64,000 nucleotides of DNA, from assembly GCA_002189035.1 (NCBI GenBank), contig NEEC01000013.1, positions 1,488,001-1,552,000 on the forward strand. The letters are read 5' to 3'. Made by a program: the position numbers and the translations under genes. The notes below the pieces were generated by a model. It saw nothing but the letters and a program-made list of their open reading frames with translations. It did no database searches and was not told the DNA's origin. The first letter of the stretch is position 1, and each line of letters opens with the position of its first letter. This DNA comes from Utricularia gibba (lineage: Eukaryota > Plantae > Magnoliophyta). This document shows positions 23,887 through 36,868 of the stretch, piece by piece.

Positions 23887-26190
23887 ATGGAACTCCGCAA
23901 GCTCCTTCTCTTCACCTTCTCCCTCCTCTTCCTTCTGCCGCCGGGGGCTTCCTCCGGGTGCACTTTCACCGAGCAGAAAGCTCTTCTCTCAAGAGCCTTC
24001 TTCTCCGTTTCAAAGTTCAATATCTCGTGGTTTTTCGACGGCGGGTGCTCCCCCCATCCGATTACTGAAATCAGATTACCCAGGAGGAACCTCACCGGAA
24101 CTGTGTCGTGGAAGTATATCGCTAATATCACCACTTTGCGGGCTGTGGATCTCTCCGGAAACTCGTTGACGGGCTCTTTTCATTCCTCCGTTTTGTTGCT
24201 TCCCAATCTCGTTGAACTGAACTTGTCGAGAAACCGCCACGGTGGTAGAATCGGACTCGATTATCCGAAAGATGAGATTTTGAAACTCTCCCAGATTCGG
24301 AAAATTGACGTTTCGTTTAATAGGTTCAAGAGTTTGGGTTACTTTTCTGACCTTCGTAGCCTTTCTGTTCTTGATATCTCAGGGAATGATTTTAATACTA
24401 CTTTCCCTTCGTGGTTCGCCAGCTTGACGAACCTTGAGTTTCTGGGTGCCTCTGGGTGTAATTTTTATGGGCATGTGAAACCGATTTCGGCTCTCAAATC
24501 GTTGAAACATGTCAATGTTGCTAGAAACCATCTAGTGGGTGATTTTGCTTCTGATTTTCCGCCATTGAAGCAGCTTCGGTCTCTGAATATTTCCTTCAAT
24601 AACTTCTCGGGTCATTTGCGATCTAATGAGATTCATCGTTTCGGTAGTAGTGCTTTTGTTGATGGAGGAAGAAACCTCATCATTCAAAATAGTACTTCAC
24701 ATGCAAGAGCTCTGCCGCACAAGCGGCGGCCGGAGAATCCAAAAAAGCAGCTTTCCAGGACAAATGTGATCCTAATCACATCACTCGGTTCCTCTGTTTG
24801 CCTTCTGTTGATTTGTTTTTGTTGCTCGTATTGTATATACAAAAGGAGGAAGGAAGCTGAGAAACAGAGCAAATGGTCGATGTCAGTGGCGACACCAACG
24901 AGAATCCAGTTCCGTGTCGACAAATCAGGCCCCTTTTCCTTCGAAACTGAATCTGGGTCATCCTGGGTTGCTGATATCAAAGAATCCACTTCGGCTCCTG
25001 TAATTTTGTTCGAGAAGCCATTGATGGACCTCACTTTCAAGGACCTTATCGTTGCCACTTCAAATTTCGGCAAGGAGTCACTAATGGCAGAGGGAAGATC
25101 TGGTCCTCTTTACAGAGCTGTTCTCCCTGGAGACCTGCATGTGACAATCAAGGTATTGGAGAATGCCAGAGAGCTCAGTCACGGCGGTGCGACAGCGATG
25201 CTTGAAGAACTTTCTAACCTCCGGCACCGGAATTTACTGCCGATTAGCGGTTATTGCATTGCAGGTATCTCGTTCTCCACTTCCTTTTCCCTTCTGATTC
25301 AGAATTAAATGCTGTCACGTGGTTGGGTGGTTTGTACAGCAGAAAGAACTCTGTTTTGTGGATCATCATGATCGCTGTAACTTTGACTTTGAATTGTAAA
25401 TTTTCACTTTTTACTGTCTGGGTTGGTCAAATCTTTAGTCTTTCGCCTAGGGGTTTGAAATTGAGTAACTGAGAATGAGAAAAACATTTATGGTTAGTTG
25501 GTTGGAGAGTTTAATTTCATTACTGGTAGATTCTGCATGTTGTGTTTTGGGTAGCTCAATTTTCCGTTTTGCTTTTTCTCAGGGAAAGAGAAGTTAGTGT
25601 TGTCTGAGTTCATGTCAAACGGCGATCTCCGCCGCTGGCTGCGGGAGCTTCCAGCCGGAGAACACAATGTGGAGGATTGGAGCGCCGACACGTGGGAAAT
25701 TCAAACTGGAGCCTCGCCGAAATCGACGGAATGGCGTACTCGCCACCGCATTGCAGTCGGGGTGGCGCGTGGCTTGGCGTACCTACACCACGCCGGGTCG
25801 AAGCCGGTGGTGCACGGCCATCTGGTGCCGTCAAATATTTTACTCGACGACGAATTGGAGCCACGGATCACCGACTTTGGGTTCGTACGCGAAGGTGGCG
25901 GTGGAGGCACCGCCGACGACGTGTACATGTTCGGCGTTGTTCTAATGGAAATGTTGACAGGCGAATTGGGCTCGAAGGAGAACGTAGAAAAGATGCGAAG
26001 GTTAGTGAATGAGCGACGCGCGTCTGAGGCGATCGACCGGAGGCTAGACGGCGACGGCGAATCGCGGAGACAGATGGCGCAGTGCCTTGGCGTCTCGTAT
26101 TTGTGCACCGCCGAGACGACAGAGAAAAGGCCGTCCATGCAACAGGTTTTGGGTTTGCTGAAAGACGCCAAACCTTCCCACATACTGTAA
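23887..26190 (+). CDS. CaMRLK: LRR receptor-like kinase, CaMRLK/MEE62 (At5g45800)-like; exons 23887-25264 and 25583-26190
   Basis: Signal peptide, LRRs and TM segment. [20 protein letters not shown] and [16 protein letters not shown] are characteristic. Atypical catalytic loop HGHLVPSN. Confidence 0.88.
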
Positions 26191-26891
26191 ATCATTCACG
26201 TTTTCTAGTAGCATTTGACTAGTGTCCGAATTCCATTCTCTTTACCAAATTATTTCAACCTAAAAAAAATAAACCCTTGTAAATCTATATCGGGGATGTA
26301 TTACATTTTAAGTAGAGAATTATTTAAAAATAAAAAAATTAGTATATAAGTTATATTATTAGAAATTGAAATTGAAATAATATAATATATATATATATAT
26401 TATAAATCACAATTAATCGATTGAATTTGATTTTATTTAATATAATTCATGTTTATTATATACTTCAATTTTGTATATACTAACTCGATTCATAAGATTT
26501 TTAATTTCAATGTATATTTTTCGAGAAAGCACTCTCTTATACTAAAATTATTACTAGTATCAAATTTATTTATAAAAAATTGATATAATTTACAAATAAT
26601 ATGAAATCAAAGTTAAATATAGCTTTCCAAATATTTCATACATTAAAAATGATCTGATGAAATATATAGTAAAAATATTGAAAAAATGAAAATTCTGTGA
26701 ATATTATCAACAAATATATAATCAAAATCAATAGTTTTCAAAATAAAAAATAGTAATTAACTTTGCAAACCCATGCATAATTTTCCTAAAAACAGAAAAT
26801 TGCCCAGGCGAAAAGGGGTTTTCCAGAGGATCTCGAACAAGCTCCTGCACCACAACCGAAACCATCTGTAATAAGCTTTGGTGAGGTCTTC

Positions 26892-26958
26892 GTCGATGAA
26901 ACCGGCGAGTGTTCCGTCGATAGATCTCGTCAACGGAACACTCGCCGGTTCCATCGAC
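26892..26958 (-). repeat. Inverted repeat/hairpin, 29-bp arms, 9-nt loop
   Basis: Arm 26892-26920 GTCGATGAAACCGGCGAGTGTTCCGTCGA versus arm 26930-26958 TCAACGGAACACTCGCCGGTTCCATCGAC: 27/29 complementary. Both mismatches become G-U pairs on the minus-strand RNA. Confidence 0.9.
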
Positions 26959-29761
26959 ACCGCCGACTCGGAGTGGTCCACCGGAGACATCAAAAGCTTC
27001 TGGTCATATACTTTCGGCGACTCTGGTGGCCCTAACGGAGGGCGGCAACTCCTCCCCGCAAAGTGATGTGTTTCACCGACAACCAACTGAAGAATCTCCG
27101 ACACCAAGTTTGTCCCTCAGTAAGCGGTGTCGAACCCGAAGAAGCCTCTTTTTTTAAATTTATACAATTATTATTATTATTTTAATCTCATCAACTATTG
27201 TAACAAGTTTGAACCTAATAGTTATATTCCAGTCAATCGAGTATATTGAACGTCATAAAGATAGAATGTAAAATCAAAAGATTGTCAAATAATATATTTG
27301 TCTTACGTGATATTGTCATCTTTGAATATTCAAATTTTACAATTTTATGTTTTTTATTTCGAAAAAATATTTCGTACAAGATTAAAAGAATTACCTTTAT
27401 TTCTATCCTACTGGTAATCAATGTGAAATTGATATAAGTTTCTTACATTCTTACTTTGATTGAATACTTCCACTCCCTTGAAAACTCACCATATTTAGAT
27501 GAGGTTTTTCCCATCAACGATTACAGATAAAAGAGGATACCTGATTAAATAAAAGAGTCATTTTATATGAGGCATTTTCCTCGTAAATAGAAAAATTAAA
27601 ATCATGAGAATTATTTGTTTTATACAACATCGTATAAAATGAGTGTACTCCAAATCTACAAAGTCCGTTTCTTTCCAAAACGCAATTTATTCTCCATGCG
27701 CGAAGGAGCACACAGTTATGGAAGAGTGGCACGGACAAAGAAGATGGTGCCGCCGGAATTGAGCAGATGCGTCAGAAGGGGAGATAATAAAAAGACATGT
27801 GATTTCGTCCACGGCTTTAATTACAATAAGAAGAATGGCGTCAAGATGCCTACCCAGCTTCGGGCAACGATGCCTCCTTGCCATAAATGGATCGACCTGC
27901 TTTTCACGGGGTCCCAATTGCCTCATAAATACAGCAGCAAAAATAAACTACAAGAAATTTAGATAGATTTTTTAATTTTTTTTAATTTTTATATAAATTA
28001 TTTAATCAACACAAAAAAAAACTCGATCTAATTCTCAATTTAGTGTCAACATTTTAAAACATTGATCTCACACACTATTCATTTATCCTTTTCGTTCATG
28101 CACTCAATTGAATCATTACAAAATTTATTTAATAGGATAAAAATGTAAATATCCATTCTCTTATTATTATATGATATTATCTGTTGGTATATCTAAATTT
28201 TATGATTTTATATTATTTCATTTTAGAAAAAAAAAATCATACAAGATTATATAATCTTATTTTATATAAAATCTACTTAGGTCGATGTAGGATTTACTTA
28301 AAATAATTATATACTTACTTGAACCAGCGACTTCCACCTTCCTTTAAAGTGCAATATCCTCACATAGAATTGATATATATCTAGAAATGCTTTTTGATCA
28401 ATGTTTAGAATATACGAAAATAAAAAGAAATATTTCAGTAAATAACATATTTCCTTATTTATTAATAATCGTATTTATAAATTTAGAAATCATATTCTAT
28501 AAACCATTCATATTATGTAAATATTCTATAAATCTATAATTTATCTCCATACCATCATAATTTAAATGGATTTATACTAATTATATTTTATTTGAAGAGG
28601 GCAATAGTTTTAAAATTATTTATGAAAACTATAAATAAATTTATGTCATTCCCAAAAAATCAATCATATAAAAGCAATGCTTCCATGCCTTTTTTTAAAT
28701 AATTTATAATGGAATATTACAGAATAAATATTCGAAAAATGGAAATTATTTTCGAAATGAAATTGATTCTCTAATGAAATAATTGTTTTTTTAAAAGGGT
28801 TCATTTTAAAAAGTGATCGAACCTTTCTTTATCATACACTACGATCAAGATTTTACACATAGAATAGTTAAGTTTATCATAAGCTCAAAAGTGATCAAAT
28901 TTGTAATAATGTTGTCTTACTAAGTAGTGCTGCAACACCTGATATGAAGTATTGTGGGTTTATAAGGTACAATGTACGGCCTGCGGTCTTCGAACGCTCT
29001 CAACTGCAACTGTTACCCATGATTAGTTGACCTAAAAAACAGCAGCAGAAATAAGGGAGCACTATTGCGAGCATAAACGGGTAATGTAGGGTTATTTATT
29101 CGAGGGACATATATGTCATTTCGTACAGAGTTTGAAAAGACTGTAGTGCCCCCCTCATATTCTGAATTTATAAAAAATGTGGGAAAAAATACGTTGGCTA
29201 TTAGAGATGGGGATGCATTCATATTTCCGCATTGGGGAAATTCTGAAATGGAAGTATGAAGCCACGTAGCATGTGGGCAAAAGAGGAATTTCACCACGGC
29301 TCTGATATAAAGAATGAAATTGCCAATACTTGTTTTTCTCTGTTGGGTGTTTCTCCTTATCTCCGTTTTCTTGTGAAGTAATTTTTCTCTACGAATCCAA
29401 GAGATCAGCTAATCATCACCGTCTCCGAGTTCTACCTCCACCGCCCTTCTTCTCTGAACGTGGAAAAACTGACGCATATCTGAATTCCGTAATCGCTGTA
29501 CTTTTTCTTTCGTTCTATTTTCCTTTTTTCAAATATAATTGGTCGTTTATTGCTGTATCCTTGTGGGAGCTTCTGAATGCGGCATTCAAACCTGTCGCGA
29601 CTGTTTTTTGGTCTCTATTGATTAATAGTGTGTCAATCGTTTGGTGATTAGGTTGTTTCCGAGGGAATCGGGCGCCTCTAGGGTTTGTGGGGATTGGTGT
29701 ATTTTGTCGGGTGAAGCTTGTTGTTAGTACTGGGGAGGGGACGTGTGGGATACGGAGGATA

Positions 29762-32700
29762 ATGTGCATACTGTGTGTAATTCAGAAGTGCTCAAGGAGA
29801 ATTGCTACCATGTTGCCGTGGCTAGTGATTCCACTAATTGGGCTCTGGCTATGTCGCAGCTGTTGCCACCTGCATTCAGGTTTGAAATCACGTCACCTAG
29901 GCTCGCTTGTGTAATGGTTCTACTGGTGACACTGTTTTGGTATGAGATTCTGATGCCGCAGCTATCGGCATGGAGGGCTAAGAGGAATGCTTTGCATCGA
30001 GAGAGGATGAGGTTTGAAGCTATTGAATTGCAGAAATTGAGGAAAACCGCCACGAGGAAGTGCAGGAACTGCCAGACTGCGTATCGAGATCAGAATCCTG
30101 GTGGTGGCAAGTTTATGTGCTCATACTGTGGGCATATTTCGAAAAGGCCTGTTCTTGATCTTCCTGTGCCTCTTGATGCTGGTAATTCAGGGATTTTCAA
30201 AGATCTGATGGGCAAAGGTGGGAGGATTCTGACTAGTAAACCTTGGTCTGAAAGTGGGTGGATGTGTGGGCAGGATTGGCTGGACAATGGGAATTGGGGC
30301 AGTGCATCTTTTTCTGGAAAGTCTAATTATTGGAGGAAGAATTGTGGCGACATATTTGGTGCCGTTGAAGGCCACTGCCCAACAGAAAAGTCTTACTCGC
30401 GCGTTTCTGGTTTTCCGTGCAAACTGCTAACTGCATTTTTCTCTTGTATCATGTGGCTCTGGAGAAAGATTTTTAGGGTTAGTTCTTCCAGAGATGATGC
30501 ATCAGGTGATGCAGATCGAAGAGAAATGCTGGAAAGTAGAGGTGAAACTGGAGGAGTTCAAGAGAGTAGAGGAGAAAAATCTCGTAGAAAAGCTGAGGAG
30601 AAAAGGTTGGCTAGATTAGAAAAGGAGCTATTGGAGGAGGAGGAAAGAAAGCAGAGGGAAGAGGTTGCCAGGTTAGTAGAAGAAAGAAGGAAATTGCGTG
30701 ATGAAAAATTAGAGGCTGAGAAAGAATGTGAAAAAGGTTCTGCAAACACCAAGGAAAGAGATAGCAGAATGGAATCTGATATGAAGCGCAAGGAGAAAAG
30801 AAGGGAAAAAGATAGAGCATCTAGTAAAAGCAACTCAGATGTTGAAGAATTAGAAAAGAGAGCTGGTAAAGAAAATGAGCGAAACAAGAAAGGTGAAGCT
30901 GATAAAAGGGATCCAAAGAGATTTACACCGGAATATTCTAAGACTCGCCATGTGGAGCCAGGTAAGGTTGCTGCTGTAAGCAACCAAAGCAGAGGAAATG
31001 CTGGTACCAGGTACTTGGATCGAATGAAGGGTACATTTCTGTCATCATCTCGAGCCTTTACCAGGGGTGATTTTTTTGGTAAAAGTATCAGTGGGTCTAA
31101 TTTTTCGAGGGAGCAGAAACCTGTTTCTGTGGTAGAGAATTCCCATGCTTTTATACCCAGGAAGGAAGTACTGCAACAAGACCATTGTGGCAGATCTAGC
31201 TATAGCATAGACAATAAAAGTGCAAATGCCAGGGTATGTTTCCTCATGTTCATTTGTTGACATCTGCAGACCTTTCACTTCATTCATTTACTTATATATA
31301 GAGTGTGATGATAAGTTAGCTAAAGAAAAATCTTATTTATCTTCTGGAGTCACCATGTTTAGTGACATGAAAAATGGTCTGCATGTGTGATAATAGGTCA
31401 GCATGTGTTAGCGGACTACCCATGGAGCTTTACTATTTATGATCAACGCAATTTTTCTTTTTCCCTTTTTTATGTGGCATATCTAGATATTCATATTTAT
31501 GCTATCCTTACCCAATGGTTTGGAATCCTATGTTGTGATTGTAATGCGAGTCTGGGAACCTGATTATTGGTTATCAGGTTCATTGATAGGTTGACAAACT
31601 TTATCATGATTTTTTTGCAGGGTCCCAGTGAGTTGCAGCCTTTCACAGCCGCAAAACAGTCATGGATTCGTTTATTCCCCCAATCATCTGCCTCCCTTAG
31701 TCCCTCTATATCGCCTTCCAGTAACAGACCAGCTGGAAAGTATGAAACTGAACTTCCTAACCCAACCTTCGGTGGCCATGATAACTCAACAGAGTCATTT
31801 AACAACTCTTTTAACTGTGGACAGTCTGCTGGATTTTCTTTGCCTTCTTTTCCTCTTGAGTCAGTTGGTCACAATTCAGTGGTTTCAGTACCAAGTGAAT
31901 CTGTCCTTCCTAAAGTAGGAGATCCTCCAAGTTTTTTACCCGAGGATTCTGAGATATATGGTGACCCTTGCTATGTGCCGGATGCAAAATACTTGCTTGG
32001 ACCTGTTTCTGAATCTCTGGACAACTTTCAGTTGGATGTGAGCTCTTTACCTGACAGGGGGCTAGAAAAACCTTATCCTGTAAAGACTAAATCCACCGCT
32101 CCAGAGGTCATGAAGCCTTCCCCCATTGAATCTCCATTATCGAGGACACATGTATCAGTAGAAAGGCATAGCAATTCTTTTCTTTTTTCTGGAACTCCGA
32201 CTGCTCATGATAACTTGACTAGCTCAAATGAACTGAGAGCGTGGCAAATGTGGAATAATCCGCCGATCATTCAGGATGTTACAGGTTTTGACTTAATTGG
32301 CGGACCTGTCAGCTGGCTTTTCCATCGAGAGAATAGTATACCTCAAAAGGAGGAGTTGCTTCATCTGTTACCTAATAAAGCAATTTCTTCTGTGTTCAAG
32401 AAGGACGAGCATCTACTTTCAGGCGTTCAACATCCTCAGAATCCGAGGCTTGGAAGTTTCCAGAATGGTGGCACATTTAATACTCATGCTCCTGCAGTTG
32501 TTGAAGGTCCATGGATGCCTCAGATTTTTCCGGGGCCTGAAAAGGAAACTTTCAAGAAGCATGGAGATGAAACAGTTGACCAAAGACTCATGCATGAGGA
32601 TTCTGGAGGTTCGGTCAACCATCATCCTGAGCTGTCTTGGCACAAGTAAGTATCAAGATTGCATTAACTGTGGCTTCAAATCCTGCAACGGAGGATAATT

Positions 32701-32886
32701 TTTCTCGTTTAGCAGTATAGTTATTCATGCCCTTTTGTTTGGTTGCTGAAATGACTTCTTTCTAGCAGGAAAGACTCCGGTGGTCAGCCACCTCGCGATG
32801 TTATCGGAAACTCGCCGATCACTAGATCCCACATCGGAGGCCTGTACTCACCCCCAGATGTACAGTCCCTGTGGTCATTTGATTAG
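29762..32886 (+). CDS. Plant NST1-like stress-response membrane protein with CxxC...CxxC zinc ribbon and coiled coil; exons 29762-31233, 31621-32645, 32769(or 32766)-32886; apparent frameshift at 29847-29848
   Basis: MCILCVIQKCSRRIATMLPWLVIPLIGLW continues as (A)MSQLLPPAFRFEITSPRLAC in the adjacent frame. CRNC...CSYCGH, a charged coiled coil, and C-terminus SPPDVQSLWSFD*. Confidence 0.85.
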
Positions 32887-33268
32887 TTTAGAGAAATGAA
32901 ACAAGAAAGGAAAGAGGAGAGTTGTTAGTATACGATGCTGGACCGCAGCTGCCGTGTTATCTTCCTTCTTTTTTCTTTGTATGGGAGATTTAATTTACCA
33001 GCTTCATGATACTCCAGAAGCTCACATGATGAAAAATCGGTACCCCGATTGAACACTAAAGGAACTTCACAGCAACCAAGTTTCAAACTTAAGCATCCAT
33101 CACATTCTAAGTTGAGTATTTGTTTGCTAGGCATTAATTTGTGCATACTGAAAACACCTTACATGATTCACAACACCAAGGTCCAGCATTTAGTGCAAAT
33201 ACTGTTTCACTGGTCCATAATTTTGGTACATGAAATCACTCGTACGTGGCGGATTGACAGAGAATCCA

Positions 33269-34645
33269 TTAGGATGTAGAATGCAGCAGGGGGTTCTGCG
33301 CCATTGAAGTCTCACGAGCTCCAGCTGAGGTGCAAGCATGCAGGACGGTGCAAATGTCTTTGTTCTCGAGGAAGTCCTCAGCATTGATGAGAATGAGAGG
33401 AGTGTACTCGAACACTAGCTGCTTACACTAAAAAAACCACAGAAAAAGAAGAGCAAGATCACTAGAACCGTGTAATGTGATCAGATTTATTCATTTCTTG
33501 AGATGATGATTACCTTGGCAGCACCTTTTCCAACCGAGTCACATGCTTTCAGAAGCACCTTGACAATTTCCAGCTGAAACAGAGAGGGAAAGTAACAGAA
33601 GATCAGTTGGTTAAGTGTGCAGATAAGTGTCAACATGTTTCTAGAGAACTTTCAACACATGAATGATATGATGGTTAAGGTGTGTCCCTGGTTTGTAGTT
33701 TAATTCATGACTTTCTCCAATTTCATCACTGTAGAATTACCTCAGTATCAGGATCCTTCAACTTAAGCAAAGCTTCTGTAACAAAATCATGGCATACATC
33801 ACACGTGGTTTTCGAAATGCGTGAAGAAATGGGAATTCCTCCTTCACAAAGACCAAACTTTGTGCAGAACTCTCCCGGCTGTACTGAATCAAGAGTTGAG
33901 AAAAATAGATTCCCATAATAGTTCACCAGAAGGATGCACTGAGAATATAGGAATTTTTTCAGTTTGAGAGTCCAAGCAAGAATATACACAACAGAAGACA
34001 GATCAAGACAATCCCTGGTGTAGGTTCTCAGCATATTTCAGATGTTTTATGTCTATCTTTATTTCAGTGTTTTTCACTGCTGAAAAACTTCATTACTCTT
34101 CAACAAAGAGTCATTCCATTTTCAGCAGAAAAGTTCACTAAATGAAAGTCTATGTTAATACCTGTTCCTCAAAAGTAGGCATTGTAGAACAGTACTTATG
34201 AAAGATGTCAAATATCTCGGTCTTAGTTTTGTTCTGAGAGAGGTAATAAAGAGCATCTGAAGCAGATTGTTCACAAGCCAAACACAGTTGTTCATCGTTG
34301 AGAATGTCAACATGTAGAGATTCCTCTTTGGGCAGCTCGATGCTTGGGAGGACTTCTGCTAGCATGATGTTTTTCACAAATTAATGAGAATGGAAATATA
34401 ACGTATCATGCATCCAGAATCTGAAGTTAAAAAAAGGCAAGGTGTAAATAGATTCAAATCCATTTCAACATGTCAAACTAAAACCTACTTCCTGAATAAT
34501 ATCATCATAGATTCTTAGATCAAACAATGGGGGAGTAGGTTTGGATGTACCCACCAACAGAAGCATGAATCGATTCCAGGTCTCTTGCCTGACAGCACAA
34601 GAAGAAACCCGCGATTGCCAAGACAAAGAGCACCCTTTTATCCAT
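33269..34645 (-). CDS. Saposin B-domain protein (prosaposin-like, two SapB domains), secreted/vacuolar, multi-exon
   Basis: Signal peptide MDKRVLFVLAIAGFFLCCQA. SapB Cys spacing: CLACEQ...KYC...CILLVNYY...FCTKFGLC and CDVCHDFV...KACDS...CKQLVFEY...DICTVLHAC. Confidence 0.88.
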
Positions 34646-36077
34646 TCTGGACAAAAAGAGACGGAGACACATACTCAAAAGAACGTATACCAATTAAAAT
34701 TCAGTTGAAAAAAGTTAACAATGCAACAGTAATGGATTGGCTCTACCGCACCTATCCAAACACTAGCTTAGCCTTGTAGCACTGGTATAACAAAGTAGGG
34801 AGCAAGCTAAAGCCATTCAAGGAAAAGAGGAATCTTGAAAGCCAATGAAAAAAACTAGCTTACAGATCATCTAAATCCAAAAATCACACTTCACAACAGA
34901 GCAATCAATCCTTCATAAGAAGTTCTTGTACAGAAAGAGCCATCAAATTTGAAAATTCCACAGAAGGAAAACCAACCCACAAAACAAAATATCGTACAGT
35001 TGCAGTTGAAGAACAGAAAGTGAACAGAGTAAAAATTTCTCATATTTCACTGTTCCAGCTGATTTAAAACCTCAAAATCAGAACCATCCTTGATCGCAAC
35101 AACTATCCCCAAACCCAATCACCCACAAAATCAGAGTCAAACCAAGACAGATTCTTGTTACCTAATGTTGCCCAAACCCACGCTCGACTTCAGGGGAAGA
35201 AAGAAGCTTGATGCCAACCCAGCCAAAGCCAATGATTCGTTAACCCGAATACCAATTAATAGATGTTTCAATATATTCAAAAGCACCATAAAAGAAAAGG
35301 AAATGTGGAGGCTTCCGACACTATTGTTTTTTTGTCTCCGTCTGGATAATGCGAGCTTAGATTCTTGGTCTGCCTATCAAATAATGACATTATACTTCAT
35401 TTTTAATATACTTCACTTATTTTTTAATAATTAAATTCACGGTATTAGTTTAGTGAATTTGAATGTACTTGAAATCAATATTTTAATGCGAAATAAAAAT
35501 TAATATTTTTGAAAATCTAATACAATTAAACCAATCCGCTTTTAATCACCAGCAAAATATTAATTATTTAAATATTAGTTGTTTAAAATGGCCTATTCGC
35601 AAACTATCCGGAAACTCTATCTCGAGCGCCATGTAGAAAAAAAATTCTTACTGCTGTCTTTTAATAACCATGTGGCGTGAAAATAAAAATAAAAATAAGG
35701 TTAATAATAATTTATTTGATTAATAATTTTTGTATCATATTAACTAATCAAATTTGATATATTAATATAATTAAAAAATAAATGTATCGAATTAAATCTA
35801 TAGCCATCTATTACATGTTTTATAAATATAGAATAAATTTTTTATCGAACTTTATTTTCATAACTAAATATATCTAATATTTTACCTTTAAAAATTTCTT
35901 TTTAAAAAAATCGATTTAACTAAAGAGAACTTATCCGAATTGGTTTTTATAATTTTTTAATAGTGTAAATTATAAGAAATAGGAGATATTTATTATTAAT
36001 TTCAATTATTACACAGGCGGCTATGCATGTAATAAAATGGCTCTGGGGATGCCCAACTCTTGAGCCAGCTGTTGAAG

Positions 36078-36584
36078 ATGAAGAAAAGCAGGGAGTTCCA
36101 TGAAAAATCCTTCAGAATCAATCACGAAGATTACAGATTCGTCCGCCGTCTTCTTTCCAAGGAAACCGCTCCTTCTTCCAGATTCCAATGCCGAGACGCT
36201 GTTCTCTCCGGCGTCCCTTTTGACTGGGAGACGCGTCCCGGTACTCCGAAACACCCCTCCGCCGCAGCCGTTTCCGACGACCGCCCACTGTCACCTCCAC
36301 CGTCTTGGTACTGCTCCCCGGCGCTCGCGAAGGAGAAAAAGGAGAAGAAGCACCAAAACTCAATGGGTTGCAATCCCCTGTTTCGTGCTCTGAGGAGGCT
36401 TCTGAAACTTCACGCCCCTCCGTCTTCATCGTGGCTGCCGTCGCGGCTGCTACGGAGGAACTGGGTGCTACCGCGTTCCTTTGGGGTGGACGGCGGTGGT
36501 AGGGCCGCGAATCCGGCGACGCTCCCCGGCGGAGGTGATAGGAACAATAATAGCGACGATATTAAGTGTACGTACATGATATGA
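36078..36584 (+). CDS. Uncharacterised plant protein, DUF688-like (VPFxWExxPGTPK motif), intronless
   Basis: RRLLSKE...SGVPFDWETRPGTPKH...PLSPPPS motifs. The start could instead be ATG 36037 if one G is missing at 36045-36048. Confidence 0.75.
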   Translation: MKKSREFHEKSFRINHEDYRFVRRLLSKETAPSSRFQCRDAVLSGVPFDWETRPGTPKHPSAAAVSDDRPLSPPPSWYCSPALAKEKKEKKHQNSMGCNPLFRALRRLLKLHAPPSSSWLPSRLLRRNWVLPRSFGVDGGGRAANPATLPGGGDRNNNSDDIKCTYMI

Positions 36585-36735
36585 TTTTACCTTCGAGTTG
36601 AATAATTCGCTTGTCGTTGCTTGATTGAGTTTTTGAATGTGTGTAGATTGATAGACGCCAATAATTTGCCAAAAAATAATTGAAAATTAATATTCATATA
36701 TTCATATTCCACTCATTTTTATTCATTGATCACTT

Positions 36736-36868
36736 GGCCCATCCTCTAAGTCCAGAACCTCTTAATCATTTAAGCCCGGCCCAAATTCATATGAATGCTG
36801 CTGCCCAGAGGCCCAGCCCGTTAGTCGTAGCACTGATAAGTAATTTATAGGCCCATCGATATTGGGCC
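36736..36868. promoter_or_regulatory. Cluster of five site II (TGGGCY/RGCCCA) elements with no adjacent annotated gene start
   Basis: GGCCCA at 36736, 36778, 36810 and 36850; TGGGCC at 36863. Confidence 0.5.
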
